64,000 bases of DNA from an uncultured Prochlorococcus sp. (GTDB lineage Bacteria > Cyanobacteriota > Cyanobacteriia > PCC-6307 > Cyanobiaceae): NCBI GenBank assembly GCA_902558895.1, contig CACEFS010000001.1, forward strand, positions 20,495 to 84,494, read 5' to 3'. Positions 22,237-32,204 of this stretch are shown here, piece after piece; positions within the stretch are counted from its first letter, which is position 1, and each line of letters begins with the position of its first letter. Below the pieces are notes generated by a model. It was not told the DNA's origin and made no database searches. It saw only the letters and a list, made by a program, of their open reading frames with translations. Position numbers and translations under genes: made by a program.

Positions 22237-23487
22237 ATGAACGTAGGAGATGTTAACTACTACACCCATTCAAGCAAAACTAGATGTGTGTTTGTGGATA
22301 ATAAAGAATTACCGCTTATTAGCATTGATATTTGGTGCAAAGCAGGTTCTTCATTTGAGGATGTTGATAAAAACGGCACTGCTCATTTTCTAGAACATAT
22401 GATTTTTAAAGGATCTAACAAAATAATGCCAGGTGAGTTTGATTATAAAATTGAATCACTAGGCGGATTAAGCAACGCTTCAACAGGTTATGATGATGTA
22501 CATTACCATGTCCTAGTTCCACCAAGTAACTTTAAAGAATCACTTGCTCTTTTGACAAATATTGTCTTTGCTCCAGATTTTAATCCTGATGAATTTATAA
22601 AGGAAAAAGGGGTGGTTATTGATGAAATAAAACAACAAAATGATCAGCCTGAAGAAAGATTGTTTAATTATTTTTTGAAACGGGTTTGGCTAAGTCCGAA
22701 TTATTCCAATTCTATTCTGGGAACTGAACATAGTATTAAAAACTTGGAGATAAATGACCTTGTAAAATTTCATAGCAAACATTACACTTCCGAAAAAATT
22801 TGTATTGCAATTGTGGGGAATCTCTCTGAAGAAATTTATAAAATTTTTGAAAAAAGTGATCTATCTGGCATAAATAAAGGTCCAAATTCAATTAGTCTAA
22901 ATAATAAACCTTCTTTAAAAATTAGGAATGGTAGAGAGTCAGTTAAGTTTGATAATTTAGAGTTTTCAAGAATATTTATGGCTTGGTTTATCCCAAACCT
23001 CAATGATCAAAAAAATATTATTGGATTAGAGATATTAGCATCAATACTCTCTGTGGGAAGAAACAGCAGACTAGTTAAAATTTTAAAAGAAGATAGTAAT
23101 CTTGTTGAATCGGTATATGTAGATGTAAATGCTGGAGAATTAGGGGGATTATTTATAATGGAAGCGAGTTGTGAGTCCAAAGATATTGATTTAGTAGAAA
23201 AGCAAATTAATAAAACAATTGATGAGATTTCAACTTGTAAGGTCTTGACCCTAGATGAAATAAAAAAAGCGATAAATATTGTGAAAAGTAATTATATCTT
23301 CAATTTAGAGACATCCACACAACTTTCTTCATTCTTTGGGAATGAACTTCTTTGGGGGAGGAAATCTGCAATCAATAATTTAGAAAGTCATTTAAATCAT
23401 TGGAATGATTTGGATAATTTCAAAGAGATCACAGAATATATCCGTGGAGAAAAATTCACTTTAGTTGCATACCCTGGAGAATGTTAA
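22237..23487 (+). CDS. M16 zinc peptidase, catalytic subunit
   Basis: Inverted zinc motif HFLEH, NAST and EKGVVIDEI. Confidence 0.9.
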   Translation: MNVGDVNYYTHSSKTRCVFVDNKELPLISIDIWCKAGSSFEDVDKNGTAHFLEHMIFKGSNKIMPGEFDYKIESLGGLSNASTGYDDVHYHVLVPPSNFKESLALLTNIVFAPDFNPDEFIKEKGVVIDEIKQQNDQPEERLFNYFLKRVWLSPNYSNSILGTEHSIKNLEINDLVKFHSKHYTSEKICIAIVGNLSEEIYKIFEKSDLSGINKGPNSISLNNKPSLKIRNGRESVKFDNLEFSRIFMAWFIPNLNDQKNIIGLEILASILSVGRNSRLVKILKEDSNLVESVYVDVNAGELGGLFIMEASCESKDIDLVEKQINKTIDEISTCKVLTLDEIKKAINIVKSNYIFNLETSTQLSSFFGNELLWGRKSAINNLESHLNHWNDLDNFKEITEYIRGEKFTLVAYPGEC

Positions 23488-24698
23488 AAAGATATTTTTT
23501 AAATTATAAAAAAAGGAATTTTTCAACTGCTTCAATTTGGATTAAAGGTGGCAGCGATGTGGATGGTGTTGAAAAAAAAGGTATAAACAAAATCCTCACT
23601 TCATTACTTACGAGGGGATGTGAGGGTTTTGATAATTTAACTCTTTCGGAGCATATTGAATCCTATGGAGCAGAATTAAATAAAGAAGTATTTGAAGATG
23701 GTATTTCAATAAGCATTAAATCCCTAAATGAACATTTCAGTAAATTATTACCTTTATTAGATTTAATAGTTAATAAACCAACTCTCTTTGAAATTGAATT
23801 TCAAAAAGTAAAAAAATCTTCTATTGATCTTATAAAAAAAGATAAAGAGAATCCATTTAATATCTGTTTTGAAAAATGGAGAAGAATTGTTTACTCAAAT
23901 CATCCTTATGCCTTTAATACATATGGCTATGCAAATGATGTCTCAAAGATCACATATGAAGATATTTTGCTTGAGTTTAAAAATTTCAAAAGTCGAGATA
24001 AGTATATAATTTCAAATAATTTAGAAATAAATGGAGTAAGTATAGAAACATTAGAAAAACACCCCTTAGAAGAAAAATCAAGACCTATAAGTCACGATCT
24101 AAGCCCCAACAGTAGATTTGATTTCAATAATAACGATTCAAATCAAACAATAATAATGGTGGGTAACCAAACTTGCTCCCGTAGAAGTAGTGAATATTTG
24201 CCCCTTAAGGTTTTGGAGTCATATTTATCTTATGGAATGAGCTCTGCTTTATTTAAACTTTTTAGGGAAAAAAATGGAATAACTTACGATTTAGGTGTTT
24301 ATTACCCTGTTAGGAGTGGCAATGCTCCATTTGTAGTTTATTTATCAGTATCAAATAAAAAAGCACTTTTTGCTTTTGAACTTTTATCAACTTTATTGAA
24401 TGATTTACTTTTAAATCCCTTGATTGATGCTGAAATACTTTTGGCTAAAGAAAAACTAAAAGGTTCTTTTCTATTAGGAAATCAATCTCTAGATGAAATT
24501 TTACAGCGAAAGATACAATTAATTAGCTATGGTTTGACTTCATTTTCTGAGCTCGATTTAAATTCTAAAATAGATTCAGTATCTTCATTAGATATTCTTA
24601 GATTAACTAATAAGTATTTTTCAAAACCATTTCTGAGTGTATCTGGCAATAAAGAAATATGTTTAGATATTTCTAAAAGGTGGAAGCAATACTTTTAA
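23481..24698 (+). CDS. M16 peptidase-like non-catalytic subunit
   Basis: M16 features (KGGS, GMSSALFKLFREKNGITY) but no HxxEH; overlaps the preceding gene. Confidence 0.85.
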   Translation: MLKRYFLNYKKRNFSTASIWIKGGSDVDGVEKKGINKILTSLLTRGCEGFDNLTLSEHIESYGAELNKEVFEDGISISIKSLNEHFSKLLPLLDLIVNKPTLFEIEFQKVKKSSIDLIKKDKENPFNICFEKWRRIVYSNHPYAFNTYGYANDVSKITYEDILLEFKNFKSRDKYIISNNLEINGVSIETLEKHPLEEKSRPISHDLSPNSRFDFNNNDSNQTIIMVGNQTCSRRSSEYLPLKVLESYLSYGMSSALFKLFREKNGITYDLGVYYPVRSGNAPFVVYLSVSNKKALFAFELLSTLLNDLLLNPLIDAEILLAKEKLKGSFLLGNQSLDEILQRKIQLISYGLTSFSELDLNSKIDSVSSLDILRLTNKYFSKPFLSVSGNKEICLDISKRWKQYF

Positions 24699-24699
24699 G

Positions 24700-24909
24700 T
24701 TAGTTTTTCTCAATCTTGTCAATATCGATCAAAAACGAACCTCTTCTAAACTTTACTTCAACAGTATCTGGAGATTTAATTGATAGAATTTCTCCAATTT
24801 CATCAATTGCTACTAAATCAGGTGGTCTTAACATCGGCATATTATCTGAAGTCTTTAAATAAGAGACTGGAGCAATCAACTTAACCTTATCGTTGATCTC
24901 AAATTTCAT
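24700..24909 (-). CDS. sipA: SipA / DUF3148 (NblS-interacting protein)
   Basis: YLKTSDNMPMLRPPDLV...VKFRRGSFLID; divergent from ftsH. Confidence 0.85.
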   Translation of the reverse strand: MKFEINDKVKLIAPVSYLKTSDNMPMLRPPDLVAIDEIGEILSIKSPDTVEVKFRRGSFLIDIDKIEKN

Positions 24910-25015
24910 TTATAAATTGGATACATTAATGAGTATTATAAGCATAAAGTTAGAGAAAATATCAACGAAATGCACTGATTCAGTCTAGAATCCAAGAATT
25001 AACTTTTATAAATTA

Positions 25016-26929
25016 ATGAATCAAAAATTTAAAACATTAATTTTATGGGCTCTACCTATACTCTTAGTTGTAGCACTTTCCTACCAATTTTTATCTTCAA
25101 GTAATGTTGACTCACTTAAATCCAATGGGACTACAGTTGCACCAAGAAATTCTGCGGTAGCAAGAGTTAGTTACGGCAGATTCTTAGATTACATTAATTC
25201 AGGAAGGGTTACATCTGTTGATATTTTTGAAGGTGGAAGAAATGCTGTAATTGAGACTATAGATTCGGATTTAGATAATAAAGTACAAAGATTACGCGTA
25301 GATCTACCGGGCTTAACGCCAGAACTTATCAATATTTTAAAAAATGAGGGAATCAGCTTTGATGTACATCCAGTTAAGACAGCTTCTCCTGCATTAGGAA
25401 TATTGGGTAATTTGCTTTTCCCTGCTCTTTTAATTGGAGGTTTAATTTTGTTAGCAAGGAGATCAAATGGTATGCCGGGAGGGCCAGGACAAGCAATGCA
25501 ATTCGGAAAAACAAAAGCGAGATTTGCAATGGAAGCTGAAACGGGTGTCGTTTTCGATGATGTTGCCGGTGTTAATGAAGCTAAACAGGATTTACAAGAA
25601 GTTGTCACTTTTCTGAAAAAACCAGAAAAATTTACTTCTGTTGGTGCAAGGATTCCGAAAGGTGTTCTCTTAGTGGGTCCTCCTGGTACCGGCAAAACTC
25701 TATTAGCAAAAGCAATTGCAGGCGAAGCAGGTGTACCATTTTTCTCATTATCAGGTTCTGAATTTGTTGAAATGTTTGTTGGTGTTGGTGCTAGTAGAGT
25801 AAGAGACCTCTTTAAAAGAGCTAAAGAAAACAGTCCCTGTTTAATCTTTATTGATGAAATTGATGCTGTTGGGAGGCAAAGAGGAGCAGGTATTGGTGGA
25901 GGTAATGATGAGAGAGAACAGACTCTCAACCAATTGCTTACTGAAATGGATGGCTTTGAAGGTAATAGTGGCATAATTATAATTGCAGCCACAAACAGGC
26001 CCGATGTTCTAGACTCGGCTTTAATGAGACCTGGAAGATTTGATAGACAGGTAACTGTGGATGCTCCTGATATAAAAGGCAGACTATCAATATTAGAAGT
26101 GCATGCTAGAAATAAGAAACTAAAAGAAGATTTAACACTTGAAAGCATTGCAAGAAGAACACCTGGATTTACTGGAGCAGATTTAGCAAATTTATTAAAT
26201 GAGGCTGCTATATTGACCGCAAGGCGGAGGAAAAATTCTATCACTATTTCAGAAATTGATGACTCTGTAGATAGAATTGTCGCAGGAATGGAAGGCTCTC
26301 CACTAACAGATGGTAGAAGCAAGAGATTAATTGCTTATCATGAAGTTGGACATGCCATCATAGGTTCACTAGTGAAAGCTCATGATCCTGTTCAAAAAGT
26401 GACTGTCATACCAAGAGGTCAAGCTAAAGGATTAACTTGGTTTACTCCTGACGATGAACAAACACTTATTAGCAGGGCTCAACTAAAGGCGAGAATAATG
26501 GGAGCTTTAGGAGGAAGAGCTGCTGAAGATGTAGTATTTGGGAAAGGTGAAATTACAACAGGAGCTGGAGGTGACTTCCAACAAGTTGCTTCTATGGCCC
26601 GTCAAATGGTTACGAGATTTGGAATGAGTAATTTAGGTCCGATAGCATTAGAAAGTGGTAATCAAGAAGTATTTGTTGGTAGAGATTTAATGACTAGAAG
26701 TGAAGTTTCCGATTCAATTTCTAAGCAAATAGATGAAAGTGTAAGAATAATGGTTAAGGAATGCTACAAAGAAACTTACGCTATAGTCAGCAAGAACAGA
26801 GAAGCTATGGATAAGATAGTTGACCTTTTAATTGAAAAAGAAACATTAGACGGTGAAGAATTTGTAAGTATTCTTTCCAAATTCACAAAAATTCCTAAAA
26901 AAGAAAGAACACCTCAACTATTAAGTTAA
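25016..26929 (+). CDS. ftsH: ATP-dependent zinc metalloprotease FtsH (FtsH2/D1-repair type)
   Basis: Two TM segments, [14 protein letters not shown], second region of homology and HEVGH. Confidence 0.97.
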   Translation: MNQKFKTLILWALPILLVVALSYQFLSSSNVDSLKSNGTTVAPRNSAVARVSYGRFLDYINSGRVTSVDIFEGGRNAVIETIDSDLDNKVQRLRVDLPGLTPELINILKNEGISFDVHPVKTASPALGILGNLLFPALLIGGLILLARRSNGMPGGPGQAMQFGKTKARFAMEAETGVVFDDVAGVNEAKQDLQEVVTFLKKPEKFTSVGARIPKGVLLVGPPGTGKTLLAKAIAGEAGVPFFSLSGSEFVEMFVGVGASRVRDLFKRAKENSPCLIFIDEIDAVGRQRGAGIGGGNDEREQTLNQLLTEMDGFEGNSGIIIIAATNRPDVLDSALMRPGRFDRQVTVDAPDIKGRLSILEVHARNKKLKEDLTLESIARRTPGFTGADLANLLNEAAILTARRRKNSITISEIDDSVDRIVAGMEGSPLTDGRSKRLIAYHEVGHAIIGSLVKAHDPVQKVTVIPRGQAKGLTWFTPDDEQTLISRAQLKARIMGALGGRAAEDVVFGKGEITTGAGGDFQQVASMARQMVTRFGMSNLGPIALESGNQEVFVGRDLMTRSEVSDSISKQIDESVRIMVKECYKETYAIVSKNREAMDKIVDLLIEKETLDGEEFVSILSKFTKIPKKERTPQLLS

Positions 26930-27513
26930 ACTTTAATTGGTTTTTTATCTAGTACTAGGTCAATTAACCCGTATTCGACAGCCTCATTTGGAGACATATA
27001 AAAATCTCTATCTGTATCTTCTTTGATAGTCTCATAATCCTTTCCAGTTCTTTCTGATAATTCAGTGTTAAGTCGTTCTTTTAAGAACAAAATTTCATCT
27101 GCTTGAATTCTTATGTCACTGGCTTGACCTCTAGCTCCTCCAAGTGGCTGATGAATCATTATTCTTGAATGTCTAAGGCTGCTTCTTTTCCCTTTAGTAC
27201 CCGCTGCCAGCAGGAATGCACCCATACTAGCTGCCAAACCTACACAAACTGTATGTATGTCAGGCTTAACATGTTGCATTGTATCGAAGATACCCAATCC
27301 ATCATAGACAGATCCTCCTGGAGAATTTATATACATATAGATATCCTTATCGGGGTCCTCTGCTTCAAGGAATAATAATTGAGCAACGATTCTATTAGCA
27401 GTTTCACTAGTAACTTGTTCTCCCAAAAAGATTATTCTTTCTCTTAATAATCTCGAGTAAATATCAAAGACTCTTTCACTGCCGCCAGATTCTTCTAAGA
27501 CTAAAGGGATCAT
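26926..27513 (-). CDS. clpP: ATP-dependent Clp protease proteolytic subunit
   Basis: [25 protein letters not shown] and MIHQP motifs. Confidence 0.97.
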   Translation of the reverse strand: MIPLVLEESGGSERVFDIYSRLLRERIIFLGEQVTSETANRIVAQLLFLEAEDPDKDIYMYINSPGGSVYDGLGIFDTMQHVKPDIHTVCVGLAASMGAFLLAAGTKGKRSSLRHSRIMIHQPLGGARGQASDIRIQADEILFLKERLNTELSERTGKDYETIKEDTDRDFYMSPNEAVEYGLIDLVLDKKPIKV

Positions 27514-27548
27514 AATAATATTTATCTGTTTATAAGATATTAACTATA

Positions 27549-28202
27549 TTGAGTAAACATACGCTAACCTTATTAAGGTTTACATATAAAAAATTGAAAG
27601 AAAAATTGACTGTTTCAGATAGCAAAAAGTTATTTCATGAAAAGTTCCCTTACGTTATTCCGGGTTTATATAAAAGAGTAGTTGATGAAATGCTAGTCGA
27701 ACTAAATCTTCTAAATCATCAAAATGAATTTACTCAAGATTATCTCTTCTGTGTGGGTCTCACTGAAACATTCAAAGAATTAATGAAAGGATACAAACCT
27801 GAGAAACATTTGGATCTTCTTTTTGACTCTTTATGCAGTTCTACAAATTTTGAAGCGAAGGACATTAATGAAATATCTCAAAAATCACAAAAGGAATTCA
27901 AGGATAAATCTTCTAATGATATTTTGAAATTATTAAAAGAAAAAAGCAATTCTAAACTTTATCCTTCAAGGATCTTGAACTTAGGGATATATATATTAAT
28001 TTCAAACTCCCTAGATCTCAAAGAGAAAAATGAATCAGATTTAAATAAGATGACCTCTGATATTTTTGAGAATTTAAGCTTATCTGCTAATAAGGCAGAA
28101 AAAGATATTGGGATTTATAAAAGCAGCCTATCAAAAATGGAACAAGCAAAAGAATTAATTGAGGAACTAAGAATTAAGGATAAGAAAAAAGATCAAAAAT
28201 AA
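27549..28202 (+). CDS. psb29: Psb29/Thf1 photosystem II biogenesis protein
   Basis: TVSDSKKLFH...YKRVVDEMLVELNLL...EKDIGIYKSSLSKMEQAKEL. The true start may be a few codons downstream. Confidence 0.9.
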   Translation: MSKHTLTLLRFTYKKLKEKLTVSDSKKLFHEKFPYVIPGLYKRVVDEMLVELNLLNHQNEFTQDYLFCVGLTETFKELMKGYKPEKHLDLLFDSLCSSTNFEAKDINEISQKSQKEFKDKSSNDILKLLKEKSNSKLYPSRILNLGIYILISNSLDLKEKNESDLNKMTSDIFENLSLSANKAEKDIGIYKSSLSKMEQAKELIEELRIKDKKKDQK

Positions 28203-28208
28203 TAATAT

Positions 28209-28349
28209 CTATTTCCTTAGTCTTTTTTTATCTTTTATAGAGACATAGGTAATATAAATTACAGCGAAAGTTATTAATATGAGTAGGACGAATGATGTTA
28301 ATAAAAGAAATTTACTTAAATAGATTTCATAAGTTAAAAATGAAATCAT
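28209..28349 (-). CDS. 46-aa single-TM protein translationally coupled to petN
   Basis: [46 protein letters not shown]; its start overlaps the petN stop (ATGA). Confidence 0.7.
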
Positions 28350-28447
28350 ATATCAATGGATCCGTCACCATTTCTTCCCCAAACAACCATGGCAATCGAA
28401 AAAGTAAAAATTGCGGCTAATGCTGCCCAACCTATTTGAAAAATCAT
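28346..28447 (-). CDS. petN: Cytochrome b6f subunit VIII PetN
   Basis: [33 protein letters not shown], with the PetN signature GWAAL...[12 protein letters not shown]. Not in the ORF track. Confidence 0.95.
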
Positions 28448-28562
28448 TGTATTTAAATCTATAATATAAATATAACAGAACTTCAAAATTTTTAATCATT
28501 TTAAAGCTAAATTTAATTTCTCAGAAACAAAATTTTCTCAATAGAATGGAGATAAATTTAAA

Positions 28563-28841
28563 TTGGGAAGGTTAGTTTTAAATCATAGTACAAATATAGA
28601 AGGGTTAATTCCAATACTCCAAAAGTTAGTACTGGACAATAATATCAAGACAATAACTCCAGCTGCTATTTCAAGAGCCAGGGGAAGATCCTCTAAATTG
28701 ATAATTAGATTGTCCGTGAAAACTATCAACGGATATAAAGCAATAGCAAGAAAGGGTAAAACGGCCCAAGAAGTTTTTATTTCAACAGACTTAAATAAAG
28801 AGGAATTAAAAAATATTATAGATATTTATAATAGAAAGTAA
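28563..28841 (+). CDS. DUF2103-family protein
   Basis: GRLVLNHSTNIEGLIP...ARKGKTAQEVFI pattern. Confidence 0.82.
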   Translation: MGRLVLNHSTNIEGLIPILQKLVLDNNIKTITPAAISRARGRSSKLIIRLSVKTINGYKAIARKGKTAQEVFISTDLNKEELKNIIDIYNRK

Positions 28842-28881
28842 TTAAATTAATGAGAATTAAAGAGTGGTCAGGAGGAAGCAA

Positions 28882-29088
28882 ATGAAATTGTTATTAAATT
28901 TTTTTATGTTTTTTGGGGCCTTTTTTTCATTAAGTAATGAATCATTCTCTCTTTCTAACTACCAAATAAAAAGATTTTGCGCAAAGGAGAAAAGGGTATC
29001 TTTATGTATCAAAAATTTAAAAGAGAAAAGATCTGATTTCCAAAAAGGAAGGCTAATTGAAATACCAGTAACACCTTACAGACGTTAA
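28882..29088 (+). CDS. Small exported hypothetical protein (2 Cys)
   Basis: ATG at 28882 after AGGAGG; signal-peptide-like MKLLLNFFMFFGAFFSL. Confidence 0.7.
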   Translation: MKLLLNFFMFFGAFFSLSNESFSLSNYQIKRFCAKEKRVSLCIKNLKEKRSDFQKGRLIEIPVTPYRR

Positions 29089-29101
29089 TTAGAAATTGAA
29101 T

Positions 29102-29371
29102 TTAAATTTCAAATTCTGATTCAAAAAGGTTAAATGCATTTTTATAGTTTGTGAGAAGTTCTTCTGAATTATCAGAAAATCCTTGTCGTTCATAATCTTC
29201 TTTTAATTCATCATATAAATAAACAACTTTGTTAAAAGCGCTCATATATTCTTTTTGTATGTCTTCATCATCGATATCATAGATTTTTGCCAATACTAGT
29301 TCTACATTTTTTTTTGATGAATATATTTTTCTCTCAAACTCTTTATTTAACTTCCTTCTTTTTTTTGCCAT
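29102..29371 (-). CDS. Hypothetical protein
   Basis: 89-aa ORF with a basic N-terminus and an acidic helical C-terminus. Confidence 0.7.
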   Translation of the reverse strand: MAKKRRKLNKEFERKIYSSKKNVELVLAKIYDIDDEDIQKEYMSAFNKVVYLYDELKEDYERQGFSDNSEELLTNYKNAFNLFESEFEI

Positions 29372-29500
29372 TTAAAATTTTTTAAATACAGATTAACAAT
29401 ACTCAAATTCATAGATAAATTAAATTAAAACTTATAAAATAAAAATATAGTTTCCAAATCAAAATATACCCTCTACATCCCAAATAAATCATTCGAAGAT

Positions 29501-29938
29501 ATGATTAAAAAAGAAATCACTAATTTTGAAGAGGTTAGAAAGCAAGATGATGAAGCCAAGAAAATGAATACTTCCGAAAACTATAAGAAAAAGAAAGATA
29601 AGAATCTTCCATGGTGGGTAGAGTTGTTATTTGTTCAAATAGGGTTACCTGATAAATTATTAATAAAAATATTAAAAGCCAAAAAAACTTCTAAAGAATT
29701 TATCAAAAACGATAAAAAATCATTAATAATATTTTTCTTTGTAATTATTACATTGGCATATTTTTATCCGGTTATTAAACATGCAAAAAACAAATTAGAT
29801 TGTGAAGCTATTGCCAAAAATTATATTATTAAAAATAAAAATACAATTGGAATTAATAATAGGGAAATAAAAATGTTATCTACAAATTTTTGTTATGGTG
29901 GCGAAGAAATCTATGAAATAGAAAATTTAAAAAATTAA
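29501..29938 (+). CDS. Hypothetical membrane protein
   Basis: LPWWVELLFVQIGLPD motif, one TM segment and a C-terminal Cys pair (…FCYGG). Confidence 0.7.
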   Translation: MIKKEITNFEEVRKQDDEAKKMNTSENYKKKKDKNLPWWVELLFVQIGLPDKLLIKILKAKKTSKEFIKNDKKSLIIFFFVIITLAYFYPVIKHAKNKLDCEAIAKNYIIKNKNTIGINNREIKMLSTNFCYGGEEIYEIENLKN

Positions 29939-30019
29939 AACTTTAATTTTTTTCTATTAATAACCATCCCAATATTATGATACTAACTTTAAGTTTAATA
30001 AAATTTAATTTTTAATACT

Positions 30020-30196
30020 ATGACTGACATAAAACAAAAAAAGGAATCCATAAAAATACAGTTAAAAGATTTGAGGCAAAACTTAAAGAAAATGCATTTG
30101 GAAGTTACAGAAGAATTAATATTACCGAAGCCAGATGATGTAAAATTTTTGATGAATAAAATGGATAAGCTATTAAAAATAATAGAATCAAAATAA
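30020..30196 (+). CDS. 58-aa helical protein, paralog of 31446..31643
   Basis: MTDIKQKKESIKIQLKDLRQNLKKMHLEVTEELILPKPDDVKFLMNKMDKLLKIIESK*; aligns without gaps to the 65-aa ORF. Confidence 0.75.
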   Translation: MTDIKQKKESIKIQLKDLRQNLKKMHLEVTEELILPKPDDVKFLMNKMDKLLKIIESK

Positions 30197-30237
30197 ACTA
30201 TAATTTGAATAATTTAGAATTATCGTAAGTTAAAAAA

Positions 30238-30588
30238 ATGAACAGTATAAAAATATTTTGTCAATTTATTCTAATTATAATTTTCTTAAGTTCATGTAGG
30301 ACATCAATAAATAAAGAGTATCCCTTAAAAGATTTGGAAAAAAATATTAAGGATAACCCTAATCCAGAAAAGAAAAGAATGGAAATAAAGTTTTCCTGTG
30401 GCGAGGATGGTATTTCGGAATACTTAGATGATGGATGGATAATTTTAAAAGAAGATTTCCAAGAAAAAATTTGCACTTGGAAATCTGTTCCTGCCACAAA
30501 AGATTGTAATATGGAGAAAGATAAAGGATGCAAAATAACAAAGCCAGATAAAATCGGTGAAGAAAAAATTTACTTATTAGAAAAATAA
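30238..30588 (+). CDS. Cys-rich lipoprotein, unknown function
   Basis: Lipobox LSSC; four further Cys (FSCG, KICTW, KDCN, KGCK). Confidence 0.75.
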   Translation: MNSIKIFCQFILIIIFLSSCRTSINKEYPLKDLEKNIKDNPNPEKKRMEIKFSCGEDGISEYLDDGWIILKEDFQEKICTWKSVPATKDCNMEKDKGCKITKPDKIGEEKIYLLEK

Positions 30589-30788
30589 ATTCAATATATG
30601 ACTAGAAAATCAGAACACTTAGTTGATTTAATTTTTAAGAAATTAAAAACCTATAACCAAAAAAAAATATTTTTAGAAAAAGAAAATTTGAATATATTTA
30701 TACTTTCTCTTTTCAAAGAAAAATGAATGCAAGATGAACTTAATTTAACTGCTATAGTTAAATTAATACTTTAACTAGATAGATATAT

Positions 30789-30884
30789 ATGTATAATTTC
30801 TCACCTTTAACTGTTTTCTTAGCAATATTTTTTATGGTAAGTCTTTATTTTTTATTTAGCGTTACTTCAAAAAAAAAGAATTAG
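30789..30884 (+). CDS. 31-aa single-TM micro-protein
   Basis: MYNFSPLTVFLAIFFMVSLYFLFSVTSKKKN*; hydrophobic helix with a Lys tail. Confidence 0.45.
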   Translation: MYNFSPLTVFLAIFFMVSLYFLFSVTSKKKN

Positions 30885-30903
30885 AAAAGATTCTAAATAT
30901 TTT

Positions 30904-31086
30904 TTATATGACCGGATCATCTCTAAGAAGTAAAATTGTATGCTTATTTAAACCGTCATTAATCCATTCCTTATATTCTTCTAGAACACACTTTTTATCA
31001 GAATTATCTAGTAAGGTAATTCTTTTTTTTGCGTTATCTAAAGCTAATTTAATACAGAATTTATAATCTTTGGAGTTGTTTTCCAT
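30904..31086 (-). CDS. Hypothetical protein (60 aa)
   Basis: ORF track; divergent from the 31228 gene. Confidence 0.65.
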   Translation of the reverse strand: MENNSKDYKFCIKLALDNAKKRITLLDNSDKKCVLEEYKEWINDGLNKHTILLLRDDPVI

Positions 31087-31125
31087 AAGTTTTTATCAAA
31101 TAATAGTAAAAATAATTTCTTATTC

Positions 31126-31179
31126 TGTATTGAAAATTACAATAATAAGCGTTGATTTAATAAGAGTATCAAGCAATAC
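31126..31179. promoter_or_regulatory. Two NtcA-type boxes (GTA-N8-TAC) in a divergent intergenic region
   Basis: TGTATTGAAAATTACA at 31126-31141 and GTATCAAGCAATAC at 31166-31179. Confidence 0.5.
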
Positions 31180-31227
31180 GGAAGAATTTTTAATATATTT
31201 GAGATAATAATTTTTTTAGTAAAGCAC

Positions 31228-31422
31228 ATGTCATACGAAGCAGGCAGTAAGGAATGTAGACATTTAATTGAAGCCAAGGAAAGCCTTTTATCAGCATTAG
31301 ATGCTTTAGGCAATATTAATTCAACAGATCTAATTCAAATCCAAATAAAAGAAATTTACAATACATTAGAACAGATGCACGATAATAGAAAAAAAATTGA
31401 ATCAGCCACAAATTATTTCTAA
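31228..31422 (+). CDS. Hypothetical protein (64 aa)
   Basis: MSYEAGSKECRHLIEAKE...; looks like a helical hairpin. Confidence 0.72.
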   Translation: MSYEAGSKECRHLIEAKESLLSALDALGNINSTDLIQIQIKEIYNTLEQMHDNRKKIESATNYF

Positions 31423-31445
31423 TATATTCAAATTAAACGAAAGTT

Positions 31446-31643
31446 TCAAAATTGGCTTTTTATCTTCTTTACTCTTTTTTCTGATATCAAATCGAATAAA
31501 GCATCGAGTTGTGCATGCACTTCCTTAACTTCATTAAGATCTGGCAACAAATCTTCTTTAATAAGCATTTGATGCATCTCTCTAAGTTCTAACCTTATAT
31601 ATCTGAGGTGAGAACATACTTCTTCTCTCTTAGTTGCACTCAT
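31446..31643 (-). CDS. Hypothetical 65-aa helical protein
   Basis: ORF track; paralog at 30020. Confidence 0.78.
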   Translation of the reverse strand: MSATKREEVCSHLRYIRLELREMHQMLIKEDLLPDLNEVKEVHAQLDALFDLISEKRVKKIKSQF

Positions 31644-31772
31644 ATTTGCTTTATAGTGTTTACATTATACAGTACGATCTTGTTTGATTCTCATTAATTT
31701 TTAAATGAAAAATTATTTCAGACTCAATATCTCATCTAAATCTTTTAAAGTTGCTGTAGCAATATAACTTTC

Positions 31773-31946
31773 ATGAAAAAGAAAAAATTAAAAAAAAATC
31801 AAGCTAATTCAAATTTAATAGAAAAGAAATTAGGTCAAACAAAAAATTCTGCAAAATTAGTACTTTTTGTATTTGGAATAGGACCAATAATTGGGATAAT
31901 ATTATTTTTATATAGTAAGGGATTTTTTAATTCCCCAACAATTTAA
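31773..31946 (+). CDS. 57-aa membrane protein with basic N-terminus
   Basis: MKKKKLKKNQANSNLIEKKLGQTKNSAKLVLFVFGIGPIIGIILFLYSKGFFNSPTI*. Confidence 0.6.
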   Translation: MKKKKLKKNQANSNLIEKKLGQTKNSAKLVLFVFGIGPIIGIILFLYSKGFFNSPTI

Positions 31947-32000
31947 ACCTTAAGCAATAATAAGTTTAATTTTTTTAATTTTAATAAGATTTAAAGATAA

Positions 32001-32204
32001 TTATTTAAACTTTTTTAATGAAAATATCCTAAATTCTGCCATTTTTCTAGCATTCTCTGGATTAGAGATCAAAAAAGGATGGTCTGATAAAAGTTCAAAT
32101 ACCTTATCTATCTTTAATCGTAAATCATCACATTCAATATTTTCCCATTCCTCATCAAATGACATTGCAAAGCTATCCGCATTGTCATATAGTTTGTCTT
32201 TCAT
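32001..32204 (-). CDS. Hypothetical protein (67 aa)
   Basis: ORF track; FAMSFDEEW...DHPFL...AEFRI. Confidence 0.72.
   Translation of the reverse strand: MKDKLYDNADSFAMSFDEEWENIECDDLRLKIDKVFELLSDHPFLISNPENARKMAEFRIFSLKKFK

Noticed and set aside
25189-26322. 377-aa antisense ORF inside ftsH
   Set aside because: Codon-register mirror of a conserved gene; no motifs and a Ser/Pro/Thr-biased composition typical of shadow ORFs.
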